Assembly: GCA_963770945.1 (NCBI GenBank)
Contig: CAVYRP010000013.1
Span: forward strand, 207,921-271,920
From: an uncultured Bacteroidota bacterium
GTDB taxonomy: Bacteria; Bacteroidota; Ignavibacteria; UBA10030
Direction: 5' to 3'
Length of the DNA: 64,000 bases
A program made the position numbers and the translations under genes. Every line of letters begins with the position of its first letter. The stretch's first letter is position 1. The notes beneath the pieces were generated by a model. It was not told where the DNA came from and did no database searches. It worked only from the letters and a program-made list of their open reading frames with translations. Positions 9,405 through 20,183 of the stretch are shown piece after piece.

Positions 9405-9776
9405 TTACATATCTATTGCATCACGATGTACATGCTCGAGAGAAAAAGCTGGAATGCAGACAGATATATATTCAGCGCCGCCGATTTCCGGAGTGCTGTA
9501 TTGAATCCATTCTCCTTTGTCGGCGACAAATGCCTGTCCGGCAGTGATATCAATTATTTCGGATTTTGTTGCAACCCGCAGCAAGCCTTGTAAGACAATC
9601 GTATATTCATCGAACTCAGGCGTCTGGCCGGGTTCTATCCATCCTCCAGGACTTTTCATCCGTGCGATGCTGACATTTTTTGTACCACTGTTTACTTGAC
9701 CGATGAATTCTTCAATTACCTTCGGTTTGTTTCCGGCCGCCTTAACAATAGATGAAAAAGGAATAATCGACGACAT
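9405..9776 (-). CDS. cupin domain protein
   Basis: Intact 123-aa ORF. ..GGWIEPGQTPEFDEYTIVLQGLLRV..ITAGQAFVADKGEWIQY.. fits the two-motif cupin barrel pattern. Confidence 0.6.
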   Translation of the reverse strand: MSSIIPFSSIVKAAGNKPKVIEEFIGQVNSGTKNVSIARMKSPGGWIEPGQTPEFDEYTIVLQGLLRVATKSEIIDITAGQAFVADKGEWIQYSTPEIGGAEYISVCIPAFSLEHVHRDAIDM

Positions 9777-9882
9777 ATCTGAAAATCGCTCGTTTATTAA
9801 TTAATTAAGATGTGTACAGTATCTATACTTTATTAGTTTCTTCCTTCGTACTTTTTCCATTCATCGGCATAATACTGAAGCT

Positions 9883-12299
9883 TCAAATCTGCAACGCATT
9901 GACGGTGCTTGGTTCGAAAGTATGATCCGGTTTTTGTTTTCCCGCTTTCAATCCGGTGAGTATTTCCATGCCTTCGTCAATTGTTTTAATGGCATAGATA
10001 TGAAATTGTTTCTTTTGTACAGCCTCGTATACTTCTTCACGCAGCATGAGATCATCGACATTTTGAATCGGGATGATTACTCCCTGTTTTCCTGTCAATC
10101 CGCGCGTCTTGCAGACATCGTAGAAACCTTCAATCTTAAGATTAACTCCGCCAATCGGCTGAATCTCGCCCTTTTGATTTACCGAACCTGTAACGGCGAT
10201 GTCCTGGCGAATAGGAACCTCAGAAAGGCTGGAAAGAATTGCATAAATCTCCGTAGATGATGCGCTGTCCCCGTCGATTCCGCCGTACGATTGCTCAAAC
10301 GTAATGCTGGCATCCATAACCAGCGGCCTTTTCTGAGCGAAACGGCTTCGAAAATATCCGCTCAGGATAGCAACGCCTTTATTATGCGTCGGACCGCTCA
10401 ATTCTGCTTCGCGGTCGATGTTTATAACGCCGCTGCGACCGAGAGATGTACGGGCAGTGATACGGGACGGTTTTCCGAATGCATGTTCACCGATGTCATA
10501 AATAGAAAGGCCATTTACCTGGCCGACCTGCAAACCTTCCGTATCTATCATAATCCTGCCGTCGTCGATCATTTCCTGAATTTTTTCCTCCACCAGTTTC
10601 ACCCGGTATATGCGTTCGTCGATAGCCTTTTCAATGTGACTGCATTCGACAATAGAGGCTTTTTCTCTTCGCGCCCAGTAGCTGGCTTCGCGTGCTACGT
10701 CTGCAATAATATTGAAATCGCGTAGAAATTTTCTGCTGGCGTCCTGCGAGCCGGACTCCGAACTCGATAAGCTGTGCCAGTGCAGTGACATCAAACGGCA
10801 GAAGCTTTTCATCGTCGCAGAGCATTTTGACAAACCGTATATATTGCAGGACAGTTTCTTTGGTCTTCGGCATTTCGAAATCGAAATCGGCACGTATTTT
10901 AAAAATCTTTTTAAAATCGTCATCGCGAAAATAAAGCATATGGTACAAATCCGTATCACCGATCATTATCACTTTTACATTGATCTGAATAGGTTCAGGT
11001 TTTAGGCTTGCAGCGGAAAAACCGAATAACGGATCGTATGTCTGAATATCGATCAGGCCGGTGCGTAACGTTCGTTTCAGGTCCTGCCAGACACCCGGCT
11101 CAATCAGTGCATCCAGTGCATTCAAAACGAGATATCCTCCGTCTGCCCTTAAAAGCGAACCCGCTTTGACCTTTGTGAAATCGGTCCGCCATACGCTGCC
11201 TTTCTCCATTTCCCGCTCGACTGTTCCGAAAATATTTTTGTATTTCGGATTTGTTTCAATAACAATCGGAACATGCTTTGTCTCAGAATTATCTACCAAT
11301 ACGTTGACTTGAAATTCTATAAATTTATCTTCTTCCTCTTCTTCATCCTGCGATTCCGGCGTTAATGGAACGACTTGCTGTTTACGAAAGCGTTCAAGAT
11401 TTGCGCGTACGTTAGTTCGCATTTCTTCAAAAAAAGCGCGAAGTTTAGGCTGTTCATATATTGCTTTTAATACGCCTATAGCATCGTCCACTGCCGGCAT
11501 TACAAGCTGTTCTTCAAGTTCACTCAGCGATTGCTGGACTTTTCTTTCGATGTTGCGCAGCTCCCGAAAAACTGTAGCCATCTGCTTTTCCAATTCTGTC
11601 AAAGCGTCGCGCATCGATGTGAATTGTTCTTTATTGAATTCGCCTTTTTGCACAAGTGTTTCCACTTGATCCAGACTTGTAGGATTGCCGTTGACGACCG
11701 GGACGATGTCGGGCCGCATTGCAGTTCCAACCTGCACCTGTACTAAATCAAAACCATGTTCTTTTACACGATGTTCAAAGTCCTGCAGAACACTTTTCTG
11801 TCGTTCTTGAAAATGCTGTACCAATTTTTTTCGGGCTTGCTGGTATCTCTGACTTTCATACACTGCGGGAATATCTCTAAGCAAATCCTTTAATAGATTT
11901 TCCATATCCTGCTGCAGACCGAGTCCCCGGCCTGAAGGAAGCGAGATGGCAATCGGCATGTCGGGATGCTTAAAGTTAAAAACGTAACAGTGGTCTTTCA
12001 ACGTTCTTTGCTTCTTCTCGAAATCCTGCAGTAAACGTTTTATGGTGGTGGTACGTCCGGTTCCGGATAGACCGGTAACAAAAATGTTATAGCCGAAGTG
12101 GTTCATTTCCAATCCGACGTGCAAGGCTCGAAGTGCCCGTTCCTGACCGATAATATCTCGTGTAGGTCGAATGTCATCGGTGGATTTAATGCCAAGCGAT
12201 TTTCGGATCGCACTGCCAGCGCAATTTCTGAATTTGCAATGGTTTATGAATCGGTGCGTGTTTAAAATGATTTGCTGATTTGATAGTTTTCTTTTTCAT
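9883..12299 (-). CDS. Lon-like protease of the LonC/COG1067 type (AAA-like module plus S16 Lon proteolytic domain), two 1-nt frame steps
   Basis: The N-terminus MKKKTIKSANHF..LRWQCDPK joins SLGIKSTDDIRPTRDIIGQERALRAL.. after dropping one T from the T4 run at 12200-12203. Fragment 10631..12124 carries the P-loop-like GLSGTGRTT (Arg in place of the Walker Lys) and a long helical insertion. Fragment 9883..10959 carries the Lon C-terminal domain (..GPSAG-type region ..IDGDSASSTEIYAILSSL..VAVTGSVNQKGEIQPIGGVNLKIEG..). The second junction is at the A3T4 run 10726-10732. Confidence 0.75.
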
Positions 12300-12520
12300 A
12301 GTTCGCATACATTTATAGTGGCAGGTGAAATACACCTTCGATTATACGGAAAAGAGGAATGAGTTTCAAATAAGCAGATAGGAGATTGTTGGATCAGGTT
12401 CTTTTAAATACGATTAAGAACCGGGTTTAATAAGGATATTTTCTTACGAATTTGAAGATCTGTCCGCAATTCCTCGTAGTGAAGGAGAACTGTTTGGCTA
12501 TATACCAAAAGTGAAACTGT

Positions 12521-13156
12521 TTATTTATGATTCATATAATACCGGCATATTCTATTCATTAAGCACTCGGTGCAAGCAGGATCAGTTGGACGGCAGAGTT
12601 CCCGGCCAAGGTAAGAAAAAGACATTCCTGCAGCATGCCAATATTTCGTCGGAATAATCTCCATTAGTGCTTTCTCAATTTTTTCCGGTTTTTCTTCCTT
12701 TGTGATACCTATCCGCGGAACGACCCGTAAGACATGCAAATCAACAAAGATACCTTGCGGGGTTCCTCCGGCTTCGCGAATAATTACATTAGCAGATTTT
12801 CGACCGATACCGGGTAATTTTATTAATTCTTCAATAGTAAGCGGAATATCCTTGAAGCCAGCTAAAGCCTGTGCAATTCGCACAAGCCAATCTGATTTTT
12901 TCCGGAATCCCCGAATGGATTTTATGAAAGGATACAAATCCTCCGGCATTGCCGAACCAAGTTTTTTAATAGAAGGAAATTTTTTAAAGAATTCGGGCGC
13001 CAGTTTGTTAACCATTATATCTGTTGTTTGTGCGGAAAGAACAACCATTACAACAAGCTGGTAAGTGTTTTTATAGTCCAGCGGGTGCCGCCGCTTGCCG
13101 TATTTTTTAAAAAGCGGTTGAAGATGAAGATTCCAGTCCATATTACTTTGCCGCAT
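12521..13156 (-). CDS. nth: endonuclease III (HhH-GPD DNA glycosylase with a 4Fe-4S cluster)
   Basis: Intact 211-aa ORF. It has the HhH motif LPGIGRKSANVI and the C-terminal Cys cluster CRPTDPACTECLMNRIC. Confidence 0.85.
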   Translation of the reverse strand: MRQSNMDWNLHLQPLFKKYGKRRHPLDYKNTYQLVVMVVLSAQTTDIMVNKLAPEFFKKFPSIKKLGSAMPEDLYPFIKSIRGFRKKSDWLVRIAQALAGFKDIPLTIEELIKLPGIGRKSANVIIREAGGTPQGIFVDLHVLRVVPRIGITKEEKPEKIEKALMEIIPTKYWHAAGMSFSYLGRELCRPTDPACTECLMNRICRYYMNHK

Positions 13157-14078
13157 TTATTTGTGGATTAGAGAATAGATCGTTCTTTGAAATATCGGGA
13201 CTGCAAAAAGATTTCAAATTTGGGAAAGCAGCGAGAAGATTCGCCGGCGCCATCAAATGTTTTTTCGGATGTAATATATGCTCGACTTGCCTGCCATTTA
13301 CGAGAGAGAATGCCTGGCGGTCATTATGGAAAACGACGTATGTTCTGCGGGCATTTGCCTGCTTGATTCTCCGGACAAGATCGCTCAGTTCCTCCTCGCT
13401 GTAATTATATAAATAACGATCGCCGCTGTGCGAATTATTCCAGGCTTCTGCATTTCTTCCCATCATTCTGAAATATGCAATACCATCCTGTTCAAAAGAG
13501 TTCAAAGGCATATGGCCGGGTAGAGGCGGCAGGTCGACATTGATGAGATTAAAACCATTCTCGCGGTAGAACAGATAAAGCGATTCATCGTTCCATGATA
13601 TATGCCGGAGATCGAGAAACAGCCGGTCTCCCGGAAAAATACTGCGCAGCTTGACAAGATGTGCCAGCCGCTCACTGGTTTTAGTGAAAGATGATGGAAA
13701 TTGAATTACCAATCCGCCGAGTTTTTCTGCTTCGCGCAGCGGATCGAGAAGCCGATGAATTGCAAGCGCGTCATTTTGTGTTGCGTCGAATGTGTGTGTG
13801 AATCCGCGGTATAGTTTGACTGTGAACATGAATCTTCGGTTTTCGCCGACGTCTTTCAGCCAGCGATTCGACTGTGCGGCGGAGAGTGATGTGTTATAAA
13901 AGGTTGAATTTACTTCTACGAGATCAAAAAAAACGCTGAAGTATTCCAGCTTGCGGAATCCTTTGTCGGATTTATTCGGATAAAATACGTGATTAAAATC
14001 CGGCAGTTCCCAGCCGCCCATACCGATAAAAACTTCATTTATATCTTTACTGTCGTCACCGGCTATCATCGATAACAA
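13143..14078 (-). CDS. DUF72 (UPF0759) family protein
   Basis: Intact 311-aa ORF. ..WELPDFNHVFYP..KLEYFSVFFDLVEVNSTFY.. is typical of DUF72. It overlaps nth by 14 nt. Confidence 0.7.
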   Translation of the reverse strand: MLSMIAGDDSKDINEVFIGMGGWELPDFNHVFYPNKSDKGFRKLEYFSVFFDLVEVNSTFYNTSLSAAQSNRWLKDVGENRRFMFTVKLYRGFTHTFDATQNDALAIHRLLDPLREAEKLGGLVIQFPSSFTKTSERLAHLVKLRSIFPGDRLFLDLRHISWNDESLYLFYRENGFNLINVDLPPLPGHMPLNSFEQDGIAYFRMMGRNAEAWNNSHSGDRYLYNYSEEELSDLVRRIKQANARRTYVVFHNDRQAFSLVNGRQVEHILHPKKHLMAPANLLAAFPNLKSFCSPDISKNDLFSNPQINAAK

Positions 14079-14146
14079 ACCGAATTTTAGTATTTACTCG
14101 AGTATAAAATGAAAGTGTTATAAGAATTACAAATCGTAATTCAGAA

Positions 14147-15469
14147 TCATGTTTTTTCATCATTATCGCCTGGCACCGCAAGTTTTTTTATCCGGATCGA
14201 TTCTATAACATTATCTACAACTTTGCCGGTTGTAAACTCGACCCCATTTGTTATTATTTGTTCGCTGAGTTTTGGAATATGTCCAAGCCGTTCTATGACG
14301 AATCCGCTAATGGAGCGGATATCCATAGGTGAAAGGTCGACAGCGATAAGCCGTTCAACATCGTTAGTAGTAAGGCTGCCGTCGACGATATATTCATTCT
14401 CACTCACTTTAACGACATCCGGTGTTTCACGGTCATATTCATCCTGAATACTGCCTACAAGTTCTTCAAGCACGTTTTCAAGTGTAACGAGTCCTGCTGT
14501 GCCGCCATATTCATCAGCGAGAATAATCATATGCGTCTTTTTTTGCAGAATCGTTGTCAACGCTTTTTCAAGTGTTGCAGTTTCGGGCAAAAACGAAGCA
14601 TCGCGAAGCACTGAATTCAATGTGAAATCCGGCTGTAAATGCCGATCTTGTTTAAAAATGTCTTTTGTATAAACAATGCCGATGATATTATCGATAGTAT
14701 CTTTGAATACGGGAAATCGGGAAAATTTATTATTCCTCATTACGGCAATGTTTTCATGTACAGGCGCCTGAATAGAAAGTGCGATGATTTCTTTTCGAGG
14801 TACCATAGCATGGCGTGCTTGTTTCTGATGAAAATCCATCGCATTAAGGGCGATATTCCTTGTTGTAGTTGAAACGTGAGTATCATTGGCGAGGATCAGG
14901 CGAAGTTCTTCTTCTGAGTGTGCTAATTCAGATTCGGCAATAGTTTGAAAGCCAAACAATCGCAGTATCATATTGGCCATTGAGTTCAACAGCCAGATCA
15001 GGGGTTTGAAAATTATAAAAAAAACATTTAGAGGATAGGCAACTAACAATGCTGTTTTCTTTGCATCAAGAATTGCAAGTGATTTCGGTGCAAGTTCGCC
15101 GAGAATAATATGGAGAAATGTTATTATGGAAAAGGCGATGCCAAAAGACACTCCGTGCAAAATTTCTGCGGAAAGAATTCCAAATTTTTCAAAAAAGGGA
15201 TAAAGGCGGTCGGCGACGAGCGGTTCGCCTATCCACCCAAGCGCAAGGCTTGTCATAGTAATCCCCAGCTGGGTTGCGGAAAGATATGCATTTAAATTTG
15301 TTACGAGGGTACGGGCGATTATTGCGCGTAAGTTTCCTTTAGCTGCTAACGGTTCGATTTGTGTAAGCCGAACTTTGACTATAGCAAATTCAGCGGCAAC
15401 AAAAAAACCGTTAAGAAAAACGAACAGGAGGATGATGAAAATATCAAAAATGTACTGCAAGAAATTCAT
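14147..15469 (-). CDS. HlyC/CorC-family transporter (CNNM/DUF21 membrane domain, CBS pair, CorC_HlyC domain)
   Basis: Intact 440-aa ORF. The N-terminus has 4 TM helices (..AAEFAIVKVR..GELAPKSLA..), followed by a CBS-pair region and a C-terminal transporter-associated domain. Confidence 0.8.
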   Translation of the reverse strand: MNFLQYIFDIFIILLFVFLNGFFVAAEFAIVKVRLTQIEPLAAKGNLRAIIARTLVTNLNAYLSATQLGITMTSLALGWIGEPLVADRLYPFFEKFGILSAEILHGVSFGIAFSIITFLHIILGELAPKSLAILDAKKTALLVAYPLNVFFIIFKPLIWLLNSMANMILRLFGFQTIAESELAHSEEELRLILANDTHVSTTTRNIALNAMDFHQKQARHAMVPRKEIIALSIQAPVHENIAVMRNNKFSRFPVFKDTIDNIIGIVYTKDIFKQDRHLQPDFTLNSVLRDASFLPETATLEKALTTILQKKTHMIILADEYGGTAGLVTLENVLEELVGSIQDEYDRETPDVVKVSENEYIVDGSLTTNDVERLIAVDLSPMDIRSISGFVIERLGHIPKLSEQIITNGVEFTTGKVVDNVIESIRIKKLAVPGDNDEKT

Positions 15470-15589
15470 TCATTTTCTTTCAAGTAGTTACACCAATATA
15501 ACCGATTAAGGCCAGTCCTTCAAGGAGATCATATAAAACAAGAATGCAAATGATTTTCTCTGATAATTATGCGGGATCAGAAAGAAGAA

Positions 15590-18460
15590 TTAACGGCGAA
15601 TTTGTTCCGATATCCAGCTGAGATACGCTTCAAGTCTTGTGAGAAAATTTAGGTAAGATGTCGTCCAATCGATAGGACTGTCGGGCCTGTTCTTGCCCAG
15701 CAATTCCTGAAAGACGCGGGCCACTTCCACAGCGATCTTCTTTTTACCTTCTTCGATAGCGGCCTCAACATCAGAGGAATAATATGCGTGCAGGTTGCGA
15801 ATATCATGGCGAATGCGCCCTTCCGGGCCTTTGCTTGCAAAGAACGACATATCGGTTTTATTTCCGCCGGACATTTCATAAATGATCAAATTCCATCGTT
15901 CCATCACATCACGAAATTGCACTTCATTCTCGCATGTATCAAAAGGCAATTTTCGCACCGCTTTTTCCGTGGTTGAGGAATTGCGGAAAAGTAAATCTCC
16001 GCCGACAAACTGTGATATGAGATTGACATCGGTACGCCAGCCGAGCACACGCTGTACACCGACATATACTTCCTTTTCAATATTCCTTCCGGCATTAGCT
16101 GCAAGTTTTGATTCCCAGTCGCGTGCCATTTTTTTCATTTGTATTTCAAGGTTATGATCGACCTTTTCTTTTTGAACTTCCTTTGGAGGTGCCGGAGCTT
16201 TTATCTTTAATTTTCCATAATTCAGCGAAATTAATTCCTCTCGGTCTTTTTGAGTTAATTCTTCAAATCTTTTTATTGCATCTGTGAATAACGGCTGCTG
16301 TATCATCCGCTTCAGTTTGCAGCAATTGCAGTATTCGTGTAAATAACCTGTCCTGATAAAAGAATTTAAAGTGCGACATGTCTGCAATAATATACAAGTC
16401 CTCTCCCACACAAGAAGCAATCGTATTAAAAAGACGTGCAATTTTATATTCACCAACCATCTTATCGTCAATTGACGGGATCGTGTAATCTACGCCGGCC
16501 ATTGTAGTGTCAAAGATTATCGCTTGTTTCCGCCGGTTGCAGAAGCTTTGCGGCGTGCCTACCTCTACATTTTTAATTCCCTGAATCCGTAATTGAAGTT
16601 TTGTATGCAGCGTCGGTCCGACGAAAGGGAGAATAACGCCGATGTCTTGAGCGCTTCTTCCTAATTCCATCAGCGCATGCTTGACACATTCAACAGTTCG
16701 TTTGGTGTGGAGTTCATTGTAGATAAGATTCTTTTTCTTGCCGGAATATTGCTTACATAAAGATCGAAGTTTGCTTGTGTCTATGAAATAGATTTTACCT
16801 TTCGCTTCCAGCGGAGCAAAAACGTTAATTTTATCGTTAAAAAGTATTGAAGATAAAAATAAAGATAGTTTTGGTGTTGTCGAATAATGCGACTTCATAA
16901 AGATTGACCAGTTCGGATTCTTTGCCGACCAATCAAATAACTTTTGAAGTTCTGTTGTCTGTGCTACATACAAGAATATGTCGCGTTGAGTCAAATCATC
17001 GGATTCTTCATCTTTAAATGTAGATACCGTTTCTGTTTCAAATGGATTACCTGCTATAACTAGCTTTTCGCGGGTAAAAGTTGAGATTGCCGTAAGAACC
17101 GGCAGACTAACATGCTGTGCTTCATGAACTATAACAAGATCGAACTGCTGTCCTCGAATTGAAGGATCGGTCAGAACTGAATTAATAGTTGCAGCAATGA
17201 AAAGTTTCGATTGAAGCAGCTCCTGCTCATTTAACGCGACAAAATCGTCTACTGATTTAGTAACTTTTTCGAGACCGCCTAATTCATCGATTCTTTTCCC
17301 GTTTTCTTTAGACTCCATTTGCTCTCTCGGCGTTACCGGGGAGTAAAGCTCGGCTTCTGTAATCTCGTTCGATACAGCTTGTTGGATTAATAACAACCGG
17401 TTATATAATTGCTGCTGGTGAGTCAGCTGATCATTTGCGGCTTTAAGGTCGTTTTTAGAAAATCCTTTCTTCAATCGTTCGATGAGCGATGCATTTTCCA
17501 AATCTGCAACGGTTTGATTTAATTGGGTCTTCTCTTTGGAATATTTTATCGATTTGTTTGCGGAGATCTGCCAGACGATCACGTTTTTCCTGCATCTTCC
17601 TGGAGAAATCCTCGTTGAGCACCAGTTTTATCTTAAATCGCCAGTAAGCTGTCCAGAAGAGATACTTCTTCTTGAAACAATTTACGCTTTTCTTCCTTTG
17701 CCATTTCAATTTGATTATCGAATGAATATTGAGCAATGGTTTCGAATGATTCCGGTGACGGGAGACCGACGCGCGCTGCAAGCTTTGTCATTTTCATGCC
17801 GAGCTGTTCTCCGACAGCAGACAGTTTTCAGCAGCACAGAATCTACATTATCGTTGGATGGGGAAACGAACAATACTCTTCCGGCCGACTTTCATATAAC
17901 TTACCGCAGCGAGTACAATTGCCTGAACTGTGCTGGAAAGACTCGGCCCCCACAGCATTGTAACTTTATTCTGCCATATCCTGTTAACGGCTTCTATTTG
18001 TTCGGCAGATGTTTTGTCTTTCTTTTGCACTTCATAATTTACGACGTGACTGTTCTTACTGTCAGCAGGATTGAAAAGCAGGTACGGGATTAATGACTTT
18101 CCATCAATTCTCTGCAATAAGTTAATAGTCGACTTAATCTCATTCTCATAATCCCATAAACAGAGAGTCTCCGGAATCGATTCGCCGACATCGTAGGGCA
18201 AAGCGACCGTGAGATATTGATTTTCTACAGTAATAATATTGCCGATCAAATTGACAGGCTGCTGCTGGCCAAGAATAAATGTTGCATGTTCCGTCGGGTG
18301 AAAAAGAACATCTTCGGGAATCTCAAATCGATAATATGCATATCCTGCAAAAACACCGACGACGCTCCCCGCCGAACAAACGTATTTCTCGGCGCACAGT
18401 CTTTAACTGTGTAAGCTGCTTATTAAGTGTATCTGCAAAATGCACCAATAACTGTTTCAC
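15590..18460 (-). CDS. SF1 (Upf1/DNA2-like) helicase homolog with degenerate ATPase motifs, a coiled-coil insertion and an unknown C-terminal domain; six 1-nt frame steps
   Basis: GTG start at 18460 (VKQLLVHFADTL..). Fragments 17848..18249, 17455..17781, 16263..17582 and 15590..16471 plus bridges step frames 1-0-2-1-0-2-1. Helicase-core landmarks: LWGPSLSSTV, VLFVSPSNDNVDSVLLK, FDLVIVHEAQ, VIAGNPFE, ..DIGVILPF..VGTPQSF... The last about 238 codons could instead be a separate ORF starting at ATG 16306. Confidence 0.55.
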
Positions 18461-18645
18461 GTTCTCTCGTGTGCCTCTGAGGATGGATACGCCTGAACTC
18501 CCTTAACAAGCGGAAACCATGAAAACTATGATTATTATCCCCAAAGTCAAGAGTTTTGGATACTTGTGTGTATCTACTTAGGTATATATGAACAATATCG
18601 GGATTATTGTGTGATATTTTCTTATCCTCAAAACGAAGAAAATAT

Positions 18646-20055
18646 ATGGTCAAACAGAATATTATCATAATCGGAGGGGGATTAAGCGGATTAAGCGCAG
18701 CAGTTGAACTCTGTGCCCGAGGACACAAAACTTTAATACTCGAGCAAAATCAACATACAGGCGGAAGGGCCTATTCTTTTATAGATGCTTTGACGGGTGA
18801 TTCAATAGATAACGGCCAGCATTTGATGATGGGATGCTATCATGCAACACGGCGATATATGCGCATTATTAATTCAGATAACCTTGCTTTGCTTCAACCT
18901 AGTCTTCGCATAGTATTTCTTCACCCTGTAAAGGGCTCTACCAATTTCACATGCCCTCCGTTACCGGCTCCATTGCATTTGTTTGGAGGATTAATGAGAT
19001 TCAAAAGCATTCCGCTGAAAAACCGCCTGGAAATGCTTACCGTTGCTAAGCATTTGCTTTTTTCATCCCAGTCTAAAGAGCGGGAGCTTGATAAAATCAA
19101 TGTGGAAGAATGGCTTGTCAGGTTGGGACAATCGGAATTAAGTAGAAAATATTTATGGGATGTTATTACCATCGGAACATTGAACAACCATCCAAAAAGA
19201 GTTTCGGCGTTAATGCTGTTCAGGATATTACGTTCAGTCTTTTTAGGTAAGCGTGAAAATTCAAGCATTCTTATTCCTCAGACCGGCCTGAGCGATGTAC
19301 TGGTGGATCCGGCTGTGAATTTTATTAAACAACATGGAGGAGATGTTCTTACAGGCCGTTTTGTAACAAAATTCAATTTGCAAAATGGAAAAATTATATC
19401 TGTGGTCACTCAAGATGGAACTGAATTTCAAGCAAATGTATTTCTCAGCGCTGTTCCATGGCACGGACTTAACCGGCTGTTTAGCCAGCAGCGGCATTAA
19501 TTATGAGCCGGTGATTAAAACACCATCGGGAAATATCTGTGACTGGGACCGGTTCAAACCGTCATCCATAATTTCAATTCAGTTATGGTTCGACAGGAAA
19601 ATTATGGATGAAGATTTTGCTGCGCTTATCGATACAAGCGTACAATGGGTGTTTGATAAAAAACGGAAAATCTCCGGGTTTTCACAATTATAAAACAGAA
19701 GGCCAGACTGAAAGGAAGCAAACAGCATCTTTCGTTGGTAATCAGCGGCGCAGATGGATTTTTAGATATGAGCAAGGAAGATCTGTTGATGACAGCAATG
19801 GAAGATTTGCGGCAGGTACTGCCGAAATCAAAAGATGCGAAGGTTGTTCACTCAGTTGTAATTAAAGAGAAACGGGCAACATTTGTTCCTTCTCCCGGAC
19901 TCGAAGCAATACGTCCTCTTCCGAGCACCGCAATATCCAATTTGTTTCTTGCCGGCGATTGGACTAATACCGGTCTTCCTGCAACTATTGAAGGCGCGGT
20001 GCTAAGCGGAAAAAAAGCAGCGGAATTGATTTGTGAATACAAAACCGGTCCATAA
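18646..20055 (+). CDS. hpnE: hydroxysqualene dehydroxylase-like FAD-dependent desaturase (HpnE / amine-oxidase family), about three 1-nt frame steps
   Basis: MVKQNIIIIGGGLSGLSAAVEL..GGRAYSF is a dinucleotide-binding fold. Fragments 18607..19500, 19385..19693 and 19735..20055 belong together. The first junction fits an extra T in the T3 run at 19480-19482 (..LNRLLASSGINYEP..). The C-terminus reads ..LFLAGDWTNTGLPATIEGAVLSG... Confidence 0.7.
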
Positions 20056-20183
20056 ATCAATTCGTATGGATCCTCTCTTTTTTAAGATCCGACACTTTAG
20101 GCTTGTTCATCATTTTCATGATGGGTTTACATTGTGTATGCTTGATTTAGTATCAATTAACAAAATAATTTATCTCCGCTTCT

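Noticed and set aside
9883-12299. Lon-like protease as BrxL of a BREX defence system.
   Set aside because: There are no PglX/PglZ/BrxA-C-like neighbours. The flanking genes are cupin, nth and DUF72. The architecture fits LonC/COG1067 housekeeping-type proteases.
18423-18728. 101-aa listed ORF in the divergent region between the helicase-like gene and hpnE.
   Set aside because: It overlaps both gene starts, is low-complexity and Pro/Arg-rich, and has no supporting signals.
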